This document shows positions 46,201 through 50,818 of a DNA stretch of 50,818 nt, one piece after another; position 1 is the first letter of the stretch, and each line of letters begins with the position of its first letter. The DNA is from a virus. Lineage: Duplodnaviria > Caudoviricetes. The notes below the pieces were generated by a model. That model had not been told where the DNA came from, searched no databases, and saw nothing but the letters and a program-made list of their open reading frames with translations. A program made the position numbers and the translations under genes. The stretch lies in IMG/VR virus record IMGVR_UViG_3300032303_001830, positions 1 to 50,818 of that record. The stretch is one strand, 5' to 3'.

Positions 46201-46592
46201 GTGAATAGGTGGAGTGCTTTTTACCACCAGGGCCTAACTACTACGGTTCAGTAGATCCGCTTTTGAGCCCACCTGACGTTTGTCCGCTAAGACAATCCGC
46301 TAAGATCCGCCAGTGCTTTACCCGCCCCATGTAGCTTTGCGAGTTATTCAGCCATACTCCAAGTTTCCCGTCGGAACCTTGTTGATCTAACTTTAACAAA
46401 TACTTTTTTGTTTTGTCAAATCCAAAACGCATATTTGTTAAAAAATTTTGGAAGACCTAGTACTGACTTTTCCCAAGTTTGGACCTTGGTTCCAGAGGTT
46501 CCCACTCGCAGGGCGTACACCTAGCAAGTCGTCTCAAGCTTTCGCTCTGCTGGTTGGTCTTGTGAACTCAGCAGTAAAGAGCCTATAGTTAT

Positions 46593-46784
46593 TTAAGAGT
46601 ATAAGTAGTTTACCAGAACCACTGCCCCAACTACTATCGAGCCAAAAAGAGTAAGCCCAACTACTAGAAGTAAACAACTCTTCCATTCATTCTTCCAGCC
46701 AAGCCAACCAGTCAAATACTTTTCCCTATGATGCGAATCGTCTGGAATTGGGTCTGGGTAAGGATTTATGAAGCCACCAGCCAC
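46593..46784 (-). CDS. small membrane protein
   Basis: GTG start after AAGGAG; C-terminal TM helix. Confidence 0.55.
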   Translation of the reverse strand: MAGGFINPYPDPIPDDSHHREKYLTGWLGWKNEWKSCLLLVVGLTLFGSIVVGAVVLVNYLYS

Positions 46785-46936
46785 TACTTACTCCTTATCT
46801 AATCCGTGGACTGTGTAGATTTGCACTACCGACTACTACCTACCGAATCGACTCGTAGCACCTTGGCTACGCCAGCCCTTGGAGATTCCGTTGCCTAGGA
46901 CGGGTAGACCGCTTTACGCTCCTTTGTCTACAAGCG

Positions 46937-47236
46937 TGGAGATGGGGGGAATCGAACCCCCGTCCAGTGGACGTTCAGTTATTCTTCTACAAGCTTAGGT
47001 TTTACCAACCACGGTATTACAGGGCACTACGAGAGGGTCGTTCTATTTATTTAAAACCTGACTGCCCACCTAGAACTAGTGCTTTGTCAGGGGCCGAAGC
47101 GTTGCGATTAAATCACGCGGCTAGAGCGAATGCGGAAGTACGTTCAGCATTTATTGTTTTGCCACACTTTAAGAATGCGTGGCCGTTTCTGCTTGCTTCA
47201 CTAACATCAAGACAACTGTCGAAACCAGTCATCCCC
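46937..47236 (-). ncRNA. ssrA: tmRNA; tag peptide AERTSAFALAA
   Basis: 5' GGGGATGACTGGTTTCGAC and 3' GACGGGGGTTCGATTCCCCCCATCTCCA; ATAAAT then GCT..GCC GCG TGA tag frame at 47113..47148. Confidence 0.95.
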
Positions 47237-47243
47237 TCAATAT

Positions 47244-47378
47244 TTAGTTTTGTTTTGTTACTAGCTTACGCTTTTCTGGATCCCAAACTTTAGGACGCTT
47301 CTTTGACGCCTTGCCATTCTGTCTACCAGAACTTTTTACTTCAGGCACTGGCTTTGCGCCACTTTTACCTTTTGCCAT
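47244..47378 (-). CDS. small Lys-rich protein (44 aa)
   Basis: Hand-translated MAKGKSGAKPVPEVKSSGRQNGKASKKRPK...; AAGGAG RBS. Confidence 0.6.
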   Translation of the reverse strand: MAKGKSGAKPVPEVKSSGRQNGKASKKRPKVWDPEKRKLVTKQN

Positions 47379-47400
47379 TTATATCTCCTTAAGAATTATA

Positions 47401-47634
47401 TTATAACTCAATACCACGGTTTGTTGCTCTCCACACAGACGGAGCATGATTCTCTTCTATAGCCCTTTTATGCTCTTCATCTTCATATAGTCTAATAATG
47501 TGAACACATGGATCTGACTCAGAAAACTCTTCATCTTCATCTGCACTAAGCGGAAGTCCGTCATGGGTGTAACAAATACTCGGTCCAGCCCAATTATTTT
47601 CAATTCCTATGCGAAGCCATTCTTCAAAATCCAT
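47401..47634 (-). CDS. conserved-type actinophage protein
   Basis: EWLRIGI..W..CYTHDGLP..DPCVHIIRL. Confidence 0.7.
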   Translation of the reverse strand: MDFEEWLRIGIENNWAGPSICYTHDGLPLSADEDEEFSESDPCVHIIRLYEDEEHKRAIEENHAPSVWRATNRGIEL

Positions 47635-47743
47635 GATTTCCTTACTTTTATATATTTACAGTATTAATTACTCTAGCAAATTTTTACTGCAAATACAACA
47701 AATCCCTCGATTTTTTTGAGGGACTTGTTAGTTAGGGTTGGGC

Positions 47744-48013
47744 TTATTCTTTAACAGAAGACTTCTTGGTCTCAGCTAAAGCAGCTTCAGCTGAACTAGC
47801 AAATGCAATGTTAATTTCATCGGAGTCTAGTTTGCCATCTACGACGTAAGCACGAGCCAAAGACTCTGCAACTTCCATGATTCCAACGAAAGCAGCAATC
47901 AAAGCTGACTTCCATAGTTCAACGCCACCAATAGAACCAGCAGCTAGAACGGCACTGACCTTTAGAATTACAAGAGCAATCGTTCTTTTAAAGATTGTTA
48001 ATACGAGTTTCAT
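47744..48013 (-). CDS. membrane protein, paralogue of 33647..33943
   Basis: Two TM helices and DGKLDSDEINIAF. Confidence 0.65.
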   Translation of the reverse strand: MKLVLTIFKRTIALVILKVSAVLAAGSIGGVELWKSALIAAFVGIMEVAESLARAYVVDGKLDSDEINIAFASSAEAALAETKKSSVKE

Positions 48014-48067
48014 AGTTTCTCCCGAGAGGATAGTAAATTTAACCCCTCTCCCAGAGGCATATATCTA

Positions 48068-48403
48068 TTATACGATAGTATCAGGCTTCTTAGTTACTTT
48101 TATTTCAGTCCTATTTCTCATTCTTTTACGCTCTAATTCGGTAGTTCCACCCCAAATACCAATTTCTGAGTGATCCATAGCATACTTTAAACAAGCTTTT
48201 TTATACGGACATTCAGCGCAAATTGCCTTGGCTTCCCGTTCATAGTCATATCTAGCCCAAGTTTTCATAGAAATTTTGCCATTTCTTAGGACAGAAGATT
48301 CACTCTTGTCTGTCGTAAAAAATGCATCTGGAAATGACTCGGCACAAGGAGGAGTTCCATGCTCTTCAAAATCTGGGTAATCATCCATATTAAAATCGAA
48401 CAT
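48068..48403 (-). CDS. whiB: WhiB family Fe-S transcription factor
   Basis: C..PDAFF...AKAICAECP...CLKYA...GIWGGTT..ER. Confidence 0.9.
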   Translation of the reverse strand: MFDFNMDDYPDFEEHGTPPCAESFPDAFFTTDKSESSVLRNGKISMKTWARYDYEREAKAICAECPYKKACLKYAMDHSEIGIWGGTTELERKRMRNRTEIKVTKKPDTIV

Positions 48404-48420
48404 GTTATCTTTCTACTTGA

Positions 48421-48630
48421 CTAACGCCAAGATTGGCCAGTACTGAACCCCATACCTTTAAATTGAATTGGGGGTGCATTGAATACACGTTCGAGTCTAC
48501 CACCGCATCCTTCTATTTTGCAAATTAACTTTTCTGCTTCAGGCTCAGGATCAGTCATATGACGAATATCTTCATATTTATGACTAGTATCTTCTGGTTG
48601 ATTTTCACACTTATATTCATATGTAGGCAT
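48421..48630 (-). CDS. FmdB-family zinc ribbon protein
   Basis: MPTYEYKC...C..CGG.LERVF.APPIQFKG.GF. Confidence 0.8.
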   Translation of the reverse strand: MPTYEYKCENQPEDTSHKYEDIRHMTDPEPEAEKLICKIEGCGGRLERVFNAPPIQFKGMGFSTGQSWR

Positions 48631-48632
48631 TT

Positions 48633-48857
48633 TTATTCCTTAACTAAGCTATTCAACTTATCTAGTCTAAATCCAGCCCAGCTGTCCTCCCCCGCCACTA
48701 CGACGGGGGCTGACGCATAGCCTTTCTCTTCAATAAGAGAAAATACTTCTGGACTATCTTGTATCATTTTAGCCTCAAATTCAATACCCTTAACGGTAAG
48801 GAATCTCTTAGTCTGTTCACACGCAGTGCAGTTTGGGTTGCTGTATACGGTTACCAT
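48633..48857 (-). CDS. nrdH: NrdH-like glutaredoxin
   Basis: VTVYSNPNCTAC..TKRFL, GYASAPVV, WAGFRLD. Confidence 0.9.
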   Translation of the reverse strand: MVTVYSNPNCTACEQTKRFLTVKGIEFEAKMIQDSPEVFSLIEEKGYASAPVVVAGEDSWAGFRLDKLNSLVKE

Positions 48858-50818
48858 TACTTCTGGTTCTCTACAATCAACTTGATTTCACATGCGTCTG
48901 TCACGCAATAATTTTCACCAATGCCATCAATAGCCATACCAGCGTAAACACCATCAAATGAGATAGGGAACAAACTACTAGCAGCTTCTTCATACTCTTC
49001 CTTTGTAATCTGGGTATATGGCATTTGAGGATAGACGTGGTTTCCTGAAGGTAGGAACGACACAGTCTTTAGCTGACCGTCGTGCATGTGCAAGACAGTA
49101 CCAATTTTGTCTGCTTCAGTTTCTGGATCAAAAGTAACAGTTACAGACACAGAGTTATCTGACCAGTAACGCTGAGCAATAACAGCAAGGTTCATCTTTT
49201 CAAACACAGATACGTCGCGTTCTGCTCGCATGGCACCAGACTTAATTGGGAAGAACACAACCGAAGTTGTCTCTGGTGATTCTGAAGCTGGCTCTACACG
49301 ATAGTTAGCCATCTTGAACAGAGGCAACATCGGGTCGTTGTTTCCAAAGCGAATAGCACGAAGGAAGTACTCTCCACCTGGAGTCCAGTGAACACCTGGG
49401 CTCTCACCAGCCAAGATAGATACAGTACCTGATGGCTTTACAGTTGTGGTCTTGATTGATTCACGGATACCTAGCCACTCAGAGTAAGTAACGTCATACT
49501 TCTTGACTACTGCATAACCTTCATTCATCCAAGTACGAAGTTCTGGAAGACCCTTGCGGTCAGCAAAGTTAGCAATACCAGACATAGAAGTTCCGATACG
49601 ACGGTTACGCTGCATGATTGCGTTGGTCTCTTCCCAGTGGGTAGGGAGTAGGGTTACAGTCTTAGCGTATAGGTAGGCAAACTTCAAAGTACGAAGGTAT
49701 TCTTCCTTGCTTTCGTGACGGTTCAGGTAAGTCTCAACAAGAGTACACATTTCGTAGCTTTCAAGCGACTGCTCTGCACATGGGTTGTAGCCCATAATGC
49801 GGTGGTCCTTGTTGTTGATTGGGTCAATCAAACGACCATACTGCTTAGAGATGTCTTCCCAGATAACTCCAGGCTCACCGTTGCGGATGATTCCATCAAC
49901 AATCTTTGAAAAGTCAGTTCCAACGTTCACCATGACTGAGTTGTTTGACATCCAACCCCAACCAGGATTTTCTGGGTCATAAGAGTTACGCTCGGGGAAA
50001 GCCTCAGCATTCTTTAGATTCAAAAAGTTGTCATCGTCAATACGACCAATAAGCAACTCAGCAGAACGTCGAACGTTTCCAGACACAACACAGCGACCAA
50101 TCAAGTTACCAATATCTGCAATGTCTACTGTAGTTAAAAGCTCACCAGCACGACCACCAAAAATTCTACGAATTTCATTATGTAGAAGAACCAATGGGTC
50201 TGGACCAGATGCAGTACCACCGAAGGTAGCAATAGGCGCACCATATGGACGAATCTCACTGTAATCAAACTCAATAGTTGCCTGGTCTGGCTTTAGATAA
50301 GAGTTAATCAAAGCAACAGTAGATTCCTGCCAACCCTCACGAGTATCTGGAATAACATAAGCCTGGATCACACTATTAGGAGCATAAATTTCAAAGTTCT
50401 TATCAGCTCCCTTGTCGTCAAAGCCAACACCGACGCCGAGCATCGAGGCTTCCATGAGGAACGCAAAAGGCTTGGCAGGGTTGGTCTTGGTCATCTCCAA
50501 AGTAGATACAAAAGCACAGTTCTGCAAAGCAGCCGAGTTTTTCTGAACATTTACAATGTTGGTTCCCATAACCCAAAGTCCACGACCTGGAGGAGACCAC
50601 TTTAAATTAAACAGAGTGTCAAAAAACTCTTTAGCTGAAGCTGCAGCTTTAGCATCAGACCAAGGAAGACGCTGCTGTTTTGCGTAATCTTTTTGTAAAG
50701 AATAAGTACCGTTAGTTACACGTTCACAAACCTCAGCCCAAGTTTCCTTAGTGCCATCTTCTTTTTTGCGTGAGTACGTGCGCAAGAATGTGATCTCGCC
50801 TACAGAGTTGCCAGCGGC
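48857..50818 (-). CDS. nrdJ: class II (adenosylcobalamin-dependent) ribonucleotide reductase, start lies beyond right edge
   Basis: RTYSR, PPGRGLW, NCAF, VVSGNVRRSA, NPCAEQ, TVKPSGTVS; frame open to window edge. Confidence 0.92.
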   Translation of the reverse strand, partial: AAGNSVGEITFLRTYSRKKEDGTKETWAEVCERVTNGTYSLQKDYAKQQRLPWSDAKAAASAKEFFDTLFNLKWSPPGRGLWVMGTNIVNVQKNSAALQNCAFVSTLEMTKTNPAKPFAFLMEASMLGVGVGFDDKGADKNFEIYAPNSVIQAYVIPDTREGWQESTVALINSYLKPDQATIEFDYSEIRPYGAPIATFGGTASGPDPLVLLHNEIRRIFGGRAGELLTTVDIADIGNLIGRCVVSGNVRRSAELLIGRIDDDNFLNLKNAEAFPERNSYDPENPGWGWMSNNSVMVNVGTDFSKIVDGIIRNGEPGVIWEDISKQYGRLIDPINNKDHRIMGYNPCAEQSLESYEMCTLVETYLNRHESKEEYLRTLKFAYLYAKTVTLLPTHWEETNAIMQRNRRIGTSMSGIANFADRKGLPELRTWMNEGYAVVKKYDVTYSEWLGIRESIKTTTVKPSGTVSILAGESPGVHWTPGGEYFLRAIRFGNNDPMLPLFKMANYRVEPASESPETTSVVFFPIKSGAMRAERDVSVFEKMNLAVIAQRYWSDNSVSVTVTFDPETEADKIGTVLHMHDGQLKTVSFLPSGNHVYPQMPYTQITKEEYEEAASSLFPISFDGVYAGMAIDGIGENYCVTDACEIKLIVENQK

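Noticed and set aside
46241-46432. 63-aa minus-strand ORF
   Set aside because: Starts upstream of the apparent promoter and lacks an RBS. The region is better explained as structured RNA.
46967-47293. 108-aa plus-strand ORF
   Set aside because: Antisense shadow of the tmRNA.

Overview
A 50.8 kb fragment of a large lytic dsDNA phage, most likely infecting an actinobacterium. Evidence for the host: WhiB, NrdH, a ClgR-like regulator and a tmRNA whose tag ends FALAA. Main structure: between about 4.8 and 24.2 kb lie about 25 self-contained minus-strand mini-operons (promoter, RBS, 1-4 small genes, intrinsic terminator). They are separated by a fixed-geometry 36-bp element, TATTAG-AAAAAATGAAAA(C/G)T..-NCAATA, which sits at helically phased distances (about 44, 55 or 65 bp) upstream of a shared promoter motif. 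By eye, the same interval is almost free of 4-bp palindromes (AGCT, TGCA, GATC, GTAC, GGCC, TCGA), with sharp edges and a non-coding repeat cluster on each side. This suggests an early-entering, restriction-proofed host-takeover module or long terminal repeat. The rest of the window encodes NlpC/P60, CHAP-like and M23 cell-wall proteins, a PA14 coiled-coil protein, and a DNA-modification neighbourhood (Mom-like enzyme, amino-methyltransferase, four glycosyltransferase-like proteins, dNMP kinase fusion). It also carries a serine recombinase, tRNA-Asn, tmRNA, several candidate ncRNAs, WhiB, NrdH and a class II ribonucleotide reductase. All protein calls rest on motif recognition by eye and no database searches were run.
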